From contig JAYKHR010000174.1 in assembly GCA_035285125.1 (NCBI GenBank), positions 1 through 64,000 of the forward strand: DNA of 64,000 bases, given 5' to 3'. Under the pieces are notes generated by a model, which was not told the origin of the DNA, made no database searches, and saw only the letters and a list, made by a program, of their open reading frames with translations. How positions within the stretch are numbered: the stretch's first letter is position 1; the number at the start of each line of letters is the position of its first letter. The position numbers were made by a program, and so were the translations under genes. The DNA comes from Candidatus Sericytochromatia bacterium. Lineage in GTDB: Bacteria > Cyanobacteriota > Sericytochromatia > S15B-MN24 > JAQBPE01. Positions 47,368 through 57,442 of this stretch are shown piece by piece.

Positions 47368-48387
47368 GTGGGGACGGGGTTGCGGGTGACGCTGTTCGGG
47401 CTCGGCCCGATCGGGGCGGCGGTGGGGCGCCTGATCGCCGAGAAGGACAACGCGGTGATCGTGGCCGCGATCGACGCGGACCCGGCGAAGGCCGGTCGCG
47501 ATGTCGGGGAGCTGCTCGGCCTCGACCGGACGCTCGGCGTGGCGGTGGTGCCAGACGCTGCCGCGGGCCTTGCCGTGGCGGCAGACATCGTCGTCCACTG
47601 CACGGGCAGCTACCTGACGTCGGTCAAGGAGCAGCTGATCGCCTGCCTGTCGTCGGGTCACAACGTGGTCTCCACCTGCGAGGAGCTGGCCTACCCCCTG
47701 CGCAAGCACCCTGAGATCTCGCAGGAGCTGGACGAGGTGGCCCGCGGGCACGGCGTCACGCTGCACGCCACGGGGGTCAACCCGGGCTTCGTGATGGACA
47801 AGCTGGTCCTGACCATGTCCTCGGTCTGTCAGCGGGTGGAGGGCGCGGTCATCACGCGCGTGGTGGATGCCGGGCGCCGCCGGCTGCCCCTGCAGAAGAA
47901 GGTCGGGGCCGGCATGACGGAGGAGACCTTCCGGGCCGAGGTGGCGGCAGGGCGCATCAAGCACCACGGCCTCCCCGAGTCTGCCGCTCTGATCGCGGAC
48001 GGCTGGGGCCTGCCAGTCGACAGCATCTCCGAGGTGATCGAGCCGGTGATGGCGACGGGTCGGGTCGAGACGGAGTACCTGGTGGTGGAGCCCGGCCAGG
48101 TGGCGGGCGTCCGGCAGGTCTGCGTCGCCACCAACGGGGGCGCCGAGGTGCTCCGCCTGGTGCTGGAGATGTACGTGGGGGCACCTGATCCCGCAGACGT
48201 CATCGAGCTGCGCGGCACGCCGGCGCTGACGCTCAAGGTGCCGGGCGGCACCCACGGCGACCTGGCGACCGCCGCGGCCGTGGTCAACGCTGTGCCGCTC
48301 GTGGTGTCGGCCCTGCCCGGCCTGCGGACCGTCGCCGACCTACCCGTGCGGTACAGCGCCAGCTACCCGGCCGTCAGCGGGGCCTAG
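47368..48387 (+). CDS. DapB-like / 2,4-diaminopentanoate (amine) dehydrogenase family protein
   Basis: AGGAGG RBS before GTG 47368. GLGPIG, STCEEL, TGVNPGF, GTHGDLATAA. Confidence 0.82.
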   Translation: MGTGLRVTLFGLGPIGAAVGRLIAEKDNAVIVAAIDADPAKAGRDVGELLGLDRTLGVAVVPDAAAGLAVAADIVVHCTGSYLTSVKEQLIACLSSGHNVVSTCEELAYPLRKHPEISQELDEVARGHGVTLHATGVNPGFVMDKLVLTMSSVCQRVEGAVITRVVDAGRRRLPLQKKVGAGMTEETFRAEVAAGRIKHHGLPESAALIADGWGLPVDSISEVIEPVMATGRVETEYLVVEPGQVAGVRQVCVATNGGAEVLRLVLEMYVGAPDPADVIELRGTPALTLKVPGGTHGDLATAAAVVNAVPLVVSALPGLRTVADLPVRYSASYPAVSGA

Positions 48388-48541
48388 GCCCCGTCCGGCA
48401 GGCGTGGTGGCCCCGGGCGCGTCGCGCGACGCGCCCCGTCGGCCTTGTGGATTTGCGGGCTTGGCCGGATAATGAGGCTTCTGTCCGCCAGCCCGAGCCG
48501 CTTCGAGGTGCGGCGGTGGGCGAGAGGCGAGGTGTTGAACG

Positions 48542-50194
48542 GTGCTGACTAGCGCGCCCGTGCGTGGGGCCCTGGGGGATTGGGTGGCTGGCGATCGCCC
48601 GCTGGCGACGGAGCCTGAGGCCGTGGTTGGCGCGGTTCGGCTGCTTCGTGAGCCGCTCGCGCTCGTCGAGGTCGATGGCCGCGCGGGCGTTGGTGTCGGG
48701 GGCCAGCTGCGCCCCTCGGGGGGGGCTGAGCCAGGCGCGCGCCCTGCGTTCGGTTGGGTGCCGGCCCTCCGGCCCGAGCACCTGGGCGATCCCGCGTTTC
48801 TCGCCGCCCACGGCCTTCGCTTCCCTTACGTGGCGGGCGCGATGGCCAACGGCATCGGCTCTGAGGCCATCGTCGAGGCGATGGGTCGGGCGGGGATGCT
48901 CGGGTTCTTCGGCGCCGGCGGCCTGCCGCTGCCTCGCGTCGAGGCCGCCATCGACCGCGTTCAGGCGGCCCTGGGCGACGCCCCCTACGGCTTCAACCTG
49001 TTGCACGCCCCGAACGAGCCCGACCACGAGCGGGACACGGTGGAGCTCTACCTGCGGCGCGGCGTGCGGCTGGTAGAGGCGGCTGCCTACCTCGACCTCA
49101 CGCTGCCGCTGGTGCGCTACCGCACCGCTGGGATCCACCTCGGGCCCGACGGCCGCCCGGTGCCGCGTCAGCGGGTGATGGCCAAGGTCTCCCGCGTCGA
49201 AGTGGCGGCCAAGTTCCTGGCCCCACCGCCCGACGCCATGCTGCGCAAGCTCGTCGAGGCGGGGCAGCTGACCGAGGAGCAGGCTGCCTGGGCGCGCCTC
49301 ATCCCGATGGCGGACGATCTCACTGCCGAGGCGGACTCCGGCGGGCACACGGACAACAGACCCGCCATCACCCTGCTTCCGACGATGATCGCGCTGCGCG
49401 ATCAGCTGCAGGCTCAGCACGGCTTCGCGCAGCCTCCGCGCGTGGGCCTCGCGGGTGGCGTGGCGACCCCGCAGGCGGTGGCGGCAGCCTTCTCGCTCGG
49501 CGCGGCCTACGTGGTCACGGGCTCCATCAACCAGGCCTGTGTCGAGTCGGGAAGCTCTGACGTGGTGCGAGAGATGCTCGCGCAGGCCGGCCAAGCGGAC
49601 GTTGCCATGGCCCCTGCCGGCGACATGTTCGAGATGGGCGTCAAGGTCCAGGTGCTCAAGCGGGGCACGATGTTCCCGATGCGCGCGAGCCGGCTGTACG
49701 AGCTTTACCGGGCTCACGACAGCCTGGAGGCGTTGCCCGACGACGTGCGTCGCGCCCTTGAAAAGGATTACTTCAGGAAGCCCCTCGGGGCCATCTGGGA
49801 CGAGACCAAGCAGTTTTTCCAGACCCGCGATCCCGCCCAGGTAGAGCGCGCCGAGCGGGACCCTCGCCACAAGCTGGCCCTGGTGTTTCGCTGGTACCTC
49901 GGTCACGCGTCCCGCTGGGCCAACGCCGGGGAGCCCACGCGCAAGCTCGACTACCAGGTCTGGTGTGGTCCCGCCATGGGAGCCTTCAACGCCTGGACGG
50001 CCGGCACCCACCTCGCGGCGCCTGCCGCCCGGCGGGTTGTGCCCGTGGCCCTGAACCTCCTCGCTGGGGCCTGTGCCCTGCGCCGCCTTGAGGCTGCCCG
50101 GGTCCAGGCTGCCGGGGCCGGGTTGTCCCTCGCGACCGCTGCCGACGTGGCCTCTGTGCTGAACGAGGCGGAGGTCGCCTCGGCGCTGGCTTGA
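48542..50194 (+). CDS. pfaD: PfaD-family PUFA/polyketide synthase enoyl reductase (pfa1)
   Basis: YVAGAMANGI, AKVSRVEVA, EADSGGHTDNRP, MAPAGDMFEMGVKVQVLKRG, DYQVWCGPAMG. Confidence 0.95.
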   Translation: MLTSAPVRGALGDWVAGDRPLATEPEAVVGAVRLLREPLALVEVDGRAGVGVGGQLRPSGGAEPGARPAFGWVPALRPEHLGDPAFLAAHGLRFPYVAGAMANGIGSEAIVEAMGRAGMLGFFGAGGLPLPRVEAAIDRVQAALGDAPYGFNLLHAPNEPDHERDTVELYLRRGVRLVEAAAYLDLTLPLVRYRTAGIHLGPDGRPVPRQRVMAKVSRVEVAAKFLAPPPDAMLRKLVEAGQLTEEQAAWARLIPMADDLTAEADSGGHTDNRPAITLLPTMIALRDQLQAQHGFAQPPRVGLAGGVATPQAVAAAFSLGAAYVVTGSINQACVESGSSDVVREMLAQAGQADVAMAPAGDMFEMGVKVQVLKRGTMFPMRASRLYELYRAHDSLEALPDDVRRALEKDYFRKPLGAIWDETKQFFQTRDPAQVERAERDPRHKLALVFRWYLGHASRWANAGEPTRKLDYQVWCGPAMGAFNAWTAGTHLAAPAARRVVPVALNLLAGACALRRLEAARVQAAGAGLSLATAADVASVLNEAEVASALA

Positions 50195-50212
50195 TTCGGA
50201 AGAGACGAAGGA

Positions 50213-53200
50213 ATGACCGCCACCAACGCCCAGATCCTGCCGGACGCCACGGCCACGCCCATCGCCATCGTCGGAATGGCGTGCCTGTTTCCTGGCGCCG
50301 GAGACGCCGGACTGTACTGGGCGAACATCAAGCGGGGCGTCGACGGCATCGGCCCCGTGCCGGCGAGCCACTGGTCGATCGCGGACTACCACGATCCGGA
50401 CCCGAGCCGGCCGGACCACACCTACGCCCAGCGGGGTGGGTTCCTGGACCCGGTCCCCTTCGACCCTACCACCTACGGGCTGGCGCCCAACACGCTGGAG
50501 GCCACGGATCCCGCCCAGGTGCTGGGGCTGGTGGTCGCCTCCGAGGCCCTCCGCCACGCGGGCTACGGGCCTGAGCGGCCTTTCGATCGCGCCCGGGTGA
50601 GCGTGGTGCTCGGGGTCACGGGCACGCTGCAGCTGGTCGTTCCGCTCGGGGCCAGGCTCGGGCACCCCCACTGGCGGCGCGCGCTCGCCGACGCGGGCGT
50701 CCCGGCGGAGCAGGCGGCCGACGTCATCGAGCGTATCCAGGCCGCCTATGTCCCCTGGCAGGAAGCCTCCTTCCCCGGTCTGCTCGGCAACGTCGTGGCA
50801 GGGCGGATCGCCAACCGGCTCGATCTTGGGGGCACGAACTGCGTCGTCGACGCCGCCTGTGCCTCGTCGCTGTCCGCCATCCACCTCGCATCGCTGGAGC
50901 TGGCGTCCGGACGGGCCTCGATGGTGCTGACGGGCGGGGTTGACGCCTTCAACGACATCTTCATGTACATGTGCTTCTCCAAGACCCCGGCGCTCTCGCC
51001 CAAGGGCGACGCCCGGCCATTCGACGCCAATGGCGACGGCACGATCCTCGGGGAAGGCGTCGGGATGGTGGTGCTCAAGCGCCTCGCCGACGCCGAGCGC
51101 GACGGCGACCACATCTATGCCGTCCTCAAGGGCGTGGGGTCGGCCAGCGACGGGCGGGGCAAGGCCATCTACGCGCCCGATGCCGACGGCCAGCGCCGGG
51201 CGCTCGATGCGGCCTACATGGCCGCGGGCATCGCCCCGTCCACCGTGGAACTGGTCGAGGGCCACGGCACGGGCACGCGCGTGGGTGACGCGATCGAGGT
51301 GACGGGCCTGCGCAAGGTCTATGGGGAGGCTCCTGCTGGCGGCGCCTGGTGTGCCCTCGGGTCCGTGAAGAGCCAGATCGGCCACACCAAGGCTGCGGCG
51401 GGCGCAGCGGGCCTCATCAAGGCTGCGCTGGCGCTGCACCACAAGGTGCTGCCGCCCACCATCAAGGTCGCCCAGCCGCTGCAGGCGCTGCAGGAGCCAG
51501 GCTCGCCCTTCTACCTCGCCCGCGAGCCGCGGCCCTGGCTCTCGCGGCAGGGGCACCCCAGGCGCGCGGCCGTCAGCTCCTTCGGCTTCGGCGGCAGCAA
51601 CTTCCATGCCGTTCTCGAGGAGCACCAGCCTCGGCGCCTGGCTGCCGACTGGGACGGCCGGATCGAGCTGGTCGCCATCTCCGGAGAGGCGCCTGCCGCG
51701 ATCGCCGCCCAGCTGCAGCGTTACCTCGACGCTGCGGATTGGGACGCCGTTCGCGTGGCAGCCACGGACGACAGGGCGGCCTTCCAGGTCGGGGCGGCCT
51801 ACCGGCTGCTGTTCGTCCTGGAACGCGGCGTCACAGACGTCTCGGCGCACGTCGGGTCGCTTCTCGCCAAGGTCTCGGCGGGCGCGCCCTTCGAGCTGCC
51901 AGACGGCACCTGCTTCGGGGTCGGGGGGCCCATCGGCACGTTGGGCCTGGTGTTCCCGGGTCAAGGGGCGCAGTATCCGGGCATGGGGAGGGGCTGGGCC
52001 TGCGCTTTCCCGGGCTCGCTCGAGGCCCTGGAAGCGGCGGAGGTCGCCTTCGCCGGGGGGCCCGGGCGGGAGCGTCCCCACGGGCAGCGGCTGGTCGACA
52101 GGGTTTATCCGCCGACGGCCTACGACGCTGCGGTCGAGGCTGCTCAGGCCGATGCGCTGCGGGCCACCGACGTCGCCCAGCCGGCCATCGGCGCCGTGAG
52201 TGCCGGGATGTGGACCCAGCTTGCGGCCTGGGGCGTCCGTCCCGCCGCCGCCGCAGGCCACAGCTTCGGCGAGCTCACGGCCCTGTGGGCGTCTGGCCGC
52301 ATCACGCAGGCCGACTTCATGGCGCTGGCCGTGCTGCGAGGCCGGCTGATGGCTGCGGGAGGCGGCGATCGCGGCGCGATGATCGCGGTCTCTGCCCCGG
52401 TGGACGAGGTGCGGGCGTTCCTGGCTTCGGGCCCGGCCGGCCTGGTCATCGCCAACCTCAACACGCCGACCCAGGTGGTCCTGGCCGGGCCCACGACGGC
52501 CATCGAGGCCGCCGAGGCGCAGCTTCGGGCTGCCGGCCTGCGCTTCGTGCGGCTCGCCGTCGGCGCGGCGTTCCACAGCCCGCTCGTGGCTGAGGCGCAG
52601 GGCGCCCTCGCCGAGGCGCTCGGCCGCCTGGAGCTGCGCGCAGGCGCGTTCCCCGTGTACGCCAACACCACCGGCCAGCCCTACCCCGCCGAGGGGGGGG
52701 AGGCCAGGGCCCTCCTGGCCGCCCAGCTTGCCAAGCCGGTGGATTGGGTGGGGGAGATCGAGGCCATGTACGCGGCCGGTGTCCGCACCTTCCTCGAGGT
52801 GGGACCAGGGTCGCGACTCGGGGGAATGATCCGCGCCATCCTGGGGTCGCGGCCGCACGCCGTGGTGGCGGTCGATGCCTCCGGCGGCAAACGCGAAGCC
52901 TTGCTGGACCTGGCCCGGGCGCTCGCCGTGCTGGCTGCCCGTGGGCACCACGTCGATCTCGGTCCCTGGCAGGGAGGGGCCGAGGCCGTCGAGGCGTTGC
53001 GCGCCCGCAAGCGTCCCCGCATGTCAGTCAAGGTCAGCGGTGCCCTGTACCGCACCTCCCCTGCCGCCCCCCGGCCCGCTCGCGCTGTGGCGACGGGCGC
53101 CCCCAGGACGGAGCCCTCCCCCATGCCGACCAACCCGCCCGCGCCCAGCGATCGCCCTGTCGATCCCGCCAGCCTCGCCTCCGTCGTGTCGGCGGCTCAG

Positions 53201-56200
53201 GCGACCCTGGCCGCCTGGCAGGCCTCTCAGGCCGAGGCTGCCAGGCAGCACGCCGCCTTCCTCGACGGCCAGCGGGCCGCCCAGGAGGCCGTGCGGCAGC
53301 TGATGGCGCAGCAGCGGGCCTTGCTGGAGAGCTTGTCGGGGCTTCCCGCGTCGGCGTCCTTGGCCCCTGGTGCTTCCGCCCCGGATGATGGCGCGGTCCC
53401 CCAGCCGGCCGCACGCAACGCGGCCGCGATGGCGCGCCAAGCGCTCCGCGCCGGCCGCGGTCGGGTCAAGGGGGCCTCCGAAGCCGCGCCCGCCGGTTCC
53501 CCCGTTCCTGCGGCCCCACCGGCCGCCTTCGCGCAGGCCCCGGTCCATGTCCCGCCGGCCATCTCCGTGCAGCCCCCGGCTTACGCCCCGCCGGTCACGC
53601 CACCGCCGCCGCCGGCCCCCCTCGTGGCCGCCGCCCAGCCCCCGGCCTACACCCCGCCAGCGGTGTCCGGCCACGCCTCGGTGCCGACGGCGCCGCTGCC
53701 CGCGGTCCCGGCCGCACAGGTCAACGGCGCCGGGCTGGCCGAGGCCCTGCTCGCCGTGGTGGCCGAGAAGACCGGCTACCCGACCGAGACCCTCGAGCTG
53801 GATATGGCGCTGGAAGGGGACCTGGGTATCGACTCGATCAAGCGGGTCGAGATCCTCTCGGCGCTCGCCGAGCGTGCCCCCGGGGTGGCCCCGCTCGGCC
53901 CGGAGCAGGCGGGGGCGCTGCTGACGCTGCGCGATGTTGTTGAGGCGCTTGGCGGGGCCGTGGCGGTGACGTCCCCGTCCCCCAGCCTGGCGGCGGTAAC
54001 CCCAGTGCCCGTCGCGGCTGTTGGCCCCGACGAGGCCCCGTCCCTCGTCGCGTCCCAGCCTGCGGCTCCAACTGTCCCGGCGCCTTCCGCCGGGGCCGAT
54101 CTCGTGGCGGCCCTGGTGGGCGTGGTGGCTGACAAGACTGGCTACCCGCCGGAAACCCTGGAGCTCGACATGGCGCTGGAGGGCGACCTTGGCATCGACT
54201 CCATCAAGCGCGTCGAGATCCTCTCTGCGCTGTCCGAGCGCCTGCCTGGCGTGGCCCCCCTCGGTCCCGAGCAGGCGGGCGCCCTCGTGACGCTGCGGGA
54301 CGTTGTCGCCGCGCTTGGCGGCGGGGTGGCCGCCTCGACCGGGCAGCCTGCCGCGCTGGCCCTCCCGGCGCAGCCCCCTGCAGCTGCCGCCTCGGCGCTC
54401 GGGTCGCAGCCTGCCGTTGCGGTCCTCTCGGCTCCCTCGGCGCAGCCGGCGGTGGTGGCTGTCCCGGCGCCTGGGGCGCCGCCGGAGGCCGCAGCCGTCG
54501 CGGCGCCCGACGTGGGGGCTGCCCTGGTGGCCGTGGTGGCCGAGAAGACGGGCTACCCGCCCGAGACCCTCGAGCTCGACATGGCGCTCGAGGGGGATCT
54601 CGGCATCGACTCCATCAAGCGCGTCGAGATCCTCTCTGCGCTGTCCGAGCGGCTGCCCGGGGTGGCCCCCCTGGGCCCGGAGCAGGCGGGGGCCCTGGTG
54701 ACGTTGCGCGACGTCGTGGCTGCCATTGGCGGGGGAAGCTCGCCCGCCTCCGACAGCGGTCCAGCCGCTGCGGTGGCCCCGCCCGAGGCGGCCGCCCCGA
54801 CGCCTCCCCCCTCGGCGCTCGAGGCCCTCTGGGCTCGGGCTGGTTCGGCGGCAGATCCGGCCCTGGCGCTCGACCTCGTCGTGGAGGTGCCCACGCCGGA
54901 GGTCCTGGCGGCACCCGACCGTTTGGCCTACGCCAAGGTCCGGGAGGGCCTGGACCTGTGGATCGCGTGCAGGCCCGGCGATGCCATGGCCATCGTGCTC
55001 GCAGAGCTGTTCCAGTCTGCCGGGCTGGCTGCGGTCCCCGTCGAGTTGCGCGGGGATGAGCTGCCCGCCGTGCCTGACCGCCTCGGCGGCCTGATCCTGC
55101 TGGGCCCTGACGGCGAGGGGCCGCTGTGGTCCGACGCCGACGAGGCCTACTTGCGGTCCGCTTTCCTGCTGACGGCTCGTTGCGGGCGCGCCTTACAGGC
55201 CGCTGGCGCGGCCGGAGGGGCCTGGTTCGCCACGGTTGGACGGATGGACGGTGCCTTCGGGCTGTCAGACCCCGCCGGCGCCTTCAGCCCTGCGGCGGGT
55301 GGCCTGGCGGGGCTTGCCAAGACGGCTGGCCATGAGTGGCCCGGCGTCACGTGCCAGGCCTTGGACGTGCACCACACCTGGGCAGACGCCCGTGCCGCGG
55401 AGGCCATCGTCGAGGAGGTCTTCATCGATGGCCCGGCGGAGATCGGGCTCGGGCCCCTCGGGCGGGTGGGCATCTTTTCCCGGCCGGCGGGCCCTGCCGG
55501 GGCTGGCGCGGCTCCCTGCCGCCCCGGCGAGCTCGTCGTGCTGACGGGGGGCGCCCGCGGCGTGACGGCAGAGGTGGCGGTCGCCCTGGCGGCAGCCTAT
55601 CGCCCCGTCATCGCCTTGCTCGGGCGCTCACCAGCGCCAGAGCAAGAACCTGCCTGGTTGGTCGGTGCCCTGGACGAGGCCGCCGTCAAGCGCGCGGTGG
55701 CCGCCAATGCGGAGGCGCCCATGGCGCCCCGGGAGCTCCAGGCCGCCTGGCTCGGCATCTCGGCCGCGCGCGAGATCCGTCGGACGTTGGAACGCCTCGC
55801 GGCGCTGGGCGTGCAGGCCGTCTACCGGGCGGTAGACGTGCGCGACGCGGGAGCAGTCAGTGCGTGCCTCTCGGAACTGCGGGCCGCGCACGGCCCCGTG
55901 CGGCTCTTGGTGCACGGGGCGGGCGTCCTCGCTGACAAGTACCTCGTCGACAAGACGCCGGCGGCCTTCGATGCCGTGTTCGACACCAAGGTGAAGGGGC
56001 TGCGGGCGCTGCTCGCCGGGCTGGACCCCGGGGAGTCCCCGGCGATCGTGCTCTTCTCCTCCATCACGGCGCGGGTGGGCCGCGTCGGTCAGGCCGACTA
56101 TGCCCTGGCCAACGAGCTCCTCAACAAGGCAGCCCATCGCCTCGCCGGCTCCCGTCTCAGCACGCGGATCCTGTCCGTGGGCTGGGGGCCCTGGGACGGT

Positions 56201-57442
56201 GGCATGGTCACACCGGGCCTGCGGGGCCTCTTCCTGGCAGAAGGTGTTGGCCTTTTGCCGCTTGAGGCCGGGGCCGTATGGCTCGCGGCCGAACTCGGCC
56301 GCGATCGGCCGGGTGTTCAGGAACTCGTCGTCAGGGCCTCGGCCGCAGACGTGGAGCCCGACCCTCGGGCGGGCGCCGGCCTGGCCGAGGAGGAGGTCGG
56401 TGGGAGCGTCCCCGACGCGAACGTCGAGGCCACCGAGGCCGAGGAGGCCCCCGTCGCGGCGGGTGAGGATGCGGACGACGACTGGGACGACGAGGCGGCG
56501 CCAGCCGCTCCTGAGGCCCCGCCAGTGGTCGCCGAGCCCGGCCTCGAGACGGCAGCGCCAGACCCAGCCCCCCTCACCACCGTGCTGCGACGCGACATCG
56601 CACTTCGCACGCACCCCTTCCTGATTGATCACGTGCTGAGCGGCAAGGCGGTGCTCCCGGTCGTCGTGATGCTCGAATGGATGGCGCACGCCGCCCAGGC
56701 CACCCAGGGCGGGGCCACCTTCGCGGGGCTTGACGACTACACCCTGCTCAAGGGCGTGGTGCTCGAGACCGAGCCCTACGGCCTTCGCATCGATGTGGGG
56801 GCGCCGGAGGCCTCGGACGACGGCCTGTGGCGGCTGCCCGTGCAGGCGTTCGGTGACGGGCGCGACAGGCCGCTGGCGCACGCTGCCGTGGTCCTGTGCG
56901 AGGCAGGACTCCCTGAGCCTGCTGAGCACTGGTCCGCCGGCTGGAGCGGCGGGGTCGAGGCGTGGCCTTACTTCCGTGGCATCGACGAGGCTTACCGCAG
57001 CGTGCTGTTCCACGGCCCGCGCTTCCAAGGCCTGGTCAGCGTCGAGGCCCTCGGGCCCGAGGGGGTTCTCGGCCAGGTGCGGTCGTCCGCGCCTCCCGCT
57101 GCCTGGATGGCTGACCCCGTGCGAGAGAGCTGGCTGACGGAGCCGCTCGCCATCGACTGCGCCTTCCAGATGCTCATCCTCTGGAGCGTGGAGACGCTGG
57201 GAGCTCCCTGCCTTCCCTGTCGCATCGGCTCTTACCGCCAGTACGGGGCCTTCGGCGCTGGCCCCATTACGCTCGCCGTGCACGTCACGGCCAGGCGGGT
57301 CGGCACCTTGCTTGCCAACGTGGCCCTGCGCGATGCCGAGGGCCGTCTCGTGGCTGAGCTTCGCGGCGCGGAGTGCACCTTCAACGTCGGGCTGGTGGAG
57401 GCCTTCCGCCGCAACCAGCTGGCCGCGCACTCGGCGCCATGA
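50213..57442 (+). CDS. pfaA: PfaA-type iterative PUFA synthase (KS-MAT-3xACP-KR-DH; pfa2)
   Basis: KS DAACASS/HGTGT/GHTK; AT GHSFG and AFHS; three ACPs LGIDSIKRVEI; KR GGARGV and YALAN; DH HVLSGKAVLP and LFHGPRFQ. Confidence 0.95.
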   Translation: MTATNAQILPDATATPIAIVGMACLFPGAGDAGLYWANIKRGVDGIGPVPASHWSIADYHDPDPSRPDHTYAQRGGFLDPVPFDPTTYGLAPNTLEATDPAQVLGLVVASEALRHAGYGPERPFDRARVSVVLGVTGTLQLVVPLGARLGHPHWRRALADAGVPAEQAADVIERIQAAYVPWQEASFPGLLGNVVAGRIANRLDLGGTNCVVDAACASSLSAIHLASLELASGRASMVLTGGVDAFNDIFMYMCFSKTPALSPKGDARPFDANGDGTILGEGVGMVVLKRLADAERDGDHIYAVLKGVGSASDGRGKAIYAPDADGQRRALDAAYMAAGIAPSTVELVEGHGTGTRVGDAIEVTGLRKVYGEAPAGGAWCALGSVKSQIGHTKAAAGAAGLIKAALALHHKVLPPTIKVAQPLQALQEPGSPFYLAREPRPWLSRQGHPRRAAVSSFGFGGSNFHAVLEEHQPRRLAADWDGRIELVAISGEAPAAIAAQLQRYLDAADWDAVRVAATDDRAAFQVGAAYRLLFVLERGVTDVSAHVGSLLAKVSAGAPFELPDGTCFGVGGPIGTLGLVFPGQGAQYPGMGRGWACAFPGSLEALEAAEVAFAGGPGRERPHGQRLVDRVYPPTAYDAAVEAAQADALRATDVAQPAIGAVSAGMWTQLAAWGVRPAAAAGHSFGELTALWASGRITQADFMALAVLRGRLMAAGGGDRGAMIAVSAPVDEVRAFLASGPAGLVIANLNTPTQVVLAGPTTAIEAAEAQLRAAGLRFVRLAVGAAFHSPLVAEAQGALAEALGRLELRAGAFPVYANTTGQPYPAEGGEARALLAAQLAKPVDWVGEIEAMYAAGVRTFLEVGPGSRLGGMIRAILGSRPHAVVAVDASGGKREALLDLARALAVLAARGHHVDLGPWQGGAEAVEALRARKRPRMSVKVSGALYRTSPAAPRPARAVATGAPRTEPSPMPTNPPAPSDRPVDPASLASVVSAAQATLAAWQASQAEAARQHAAFLDGQRAAQEAVRQLMAQQRALLESLSGLPASASLAPGASAPDDGAVPQPAARNAAAMARQALRAGRGRVKGASEAAPAGSPVPAAPPAAFAQAPVHVPPAISVQPPAYAPPVTPPPPPAPLVAAAQPPAYTPPAVSGHASVPTAPLPAVPAAQVNGAGLAEALLAVVAEKTGYPTETLELDMALEGDLGIDSIKRVEILSALAERAPGVAPLGPEQAGALLTLRDVVEALGGAVAVTSPSPSLAAVTPVPVAAVGPDEAPSLVASQPAAPTVPAPSAGADLVAALVGVVADKTGYPPETLELDMALEGDLGIDSIKRVEILSALSERLPGVAPLGPEQAGALVTLRDVVAALGGGVAASTGQPAALALPAQPPAAAASALGSQPAVAVLSAPSAQPAVVAVPAPGAPPEAAAVAAPDVGAALVAVVAEKTGYPPETLELDMALEGDLGIDSIKRVEILSALSERLPGVAPLGPEQAGALVTLRDVVAAIGGGSSPASDSGPAAAVAPPEAAAPTPPPSALEALWARAGSAADPALALDLVVEVPTPEVLAAPDRLAYAKVREGLDLWIACRPGDAMAIVLAELFQSAGLAAVPVELRGDELPAVPDRLGGLILLGPDGEGPLWSDADEAYLRSAFLLTARCGRALQAAGAAGGAWFATVGRMDGAFGLSDPAGAFSPAAGGLAGLAKTAGHEWPGVTCQALDVHHTWADARAAEAIVEEVFIDGPAEIGLGPLGRVGIFSRPAGPAGAGAAPCRPGELVVLTGGARGVTAEVAVALAAAYRPVIALLGRSPAPEQEPAWLVGALDEAAVKRAVAANAEAPMAPRELQAAWLGISAAREIRRTLERLAALGVQAVYRAVDVRDAGAVSACLSELRAAHGPVRLLVHGAGVLADKYLVDKTPAAFDAVFDTKVKGLRALLAGLDPGESPAIVLFSSITARVGRVGQADYALANELLNKAAHRLAGSRLSTRILSVGWGPWDGGMVTPGLRGLFLAEGVGLLPLEAGAVWLAAELGRDRPGVQELVVRASAADVEPDPRAGAGLAEEEVGGSVPDANVEATEAEEAPVAAGEDADDDWDDEAAPAAPEAPPVVAEPGLETAAPDPAPLTTVLRRDIALRTHPFLIDHVLSGKAVLPVVVMLEWMAHAAQATQGGATFAGLDDYTLLKGVVLETEPYGLRIDVGAPEASDDGLWRLPVQAFGDGRDRPLAHAAVVLCEAGLPEPAEHWSAGWSGGVEAWPYFRGIDEAYRSVLFHGPRFQGLVSVEALGPEGVLGQVRSSAPPAAWMADPVRESWLTEPLAIDCAFQMLILWSVETLGAPCLPCRIGSYRQYGAFGAGPITLAVHVTARRVGTLLANVALRDAEGRLVAELRGAECTFNVGLVEAFRRNQLAAHSAP
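53735..54733 (+). repeat. Three near-identical ACP-coding repeats (~220 bp each) within pfaA
   Basis: Copies at about 53735-53956, 54101-54322 and 54512-54733 encoding KTGYPxETLELDMALEGDLGIDSIKRVEILSAL. Confidence 0.92.

Noticed and set aside
48374..52951. 1525-aa ORF on the minus strand, and other long antisense ORFs (449-2104, 14006-16063, 16735-18543, 28492-30090, 55628-57430, 59983-62583)
   Set aside because: Shadow frames opposite well-supported genes. High GC3 suppresses antisense stop codons, and the translations have no recognisable motifs.
53735..54733. Long direct DNA repeats as a possible mobile element or assembly artefact
   Set aside because: They are in-frame tandem ACP domains with synonymous differences and distinct linkers, which is normal for PfaA.
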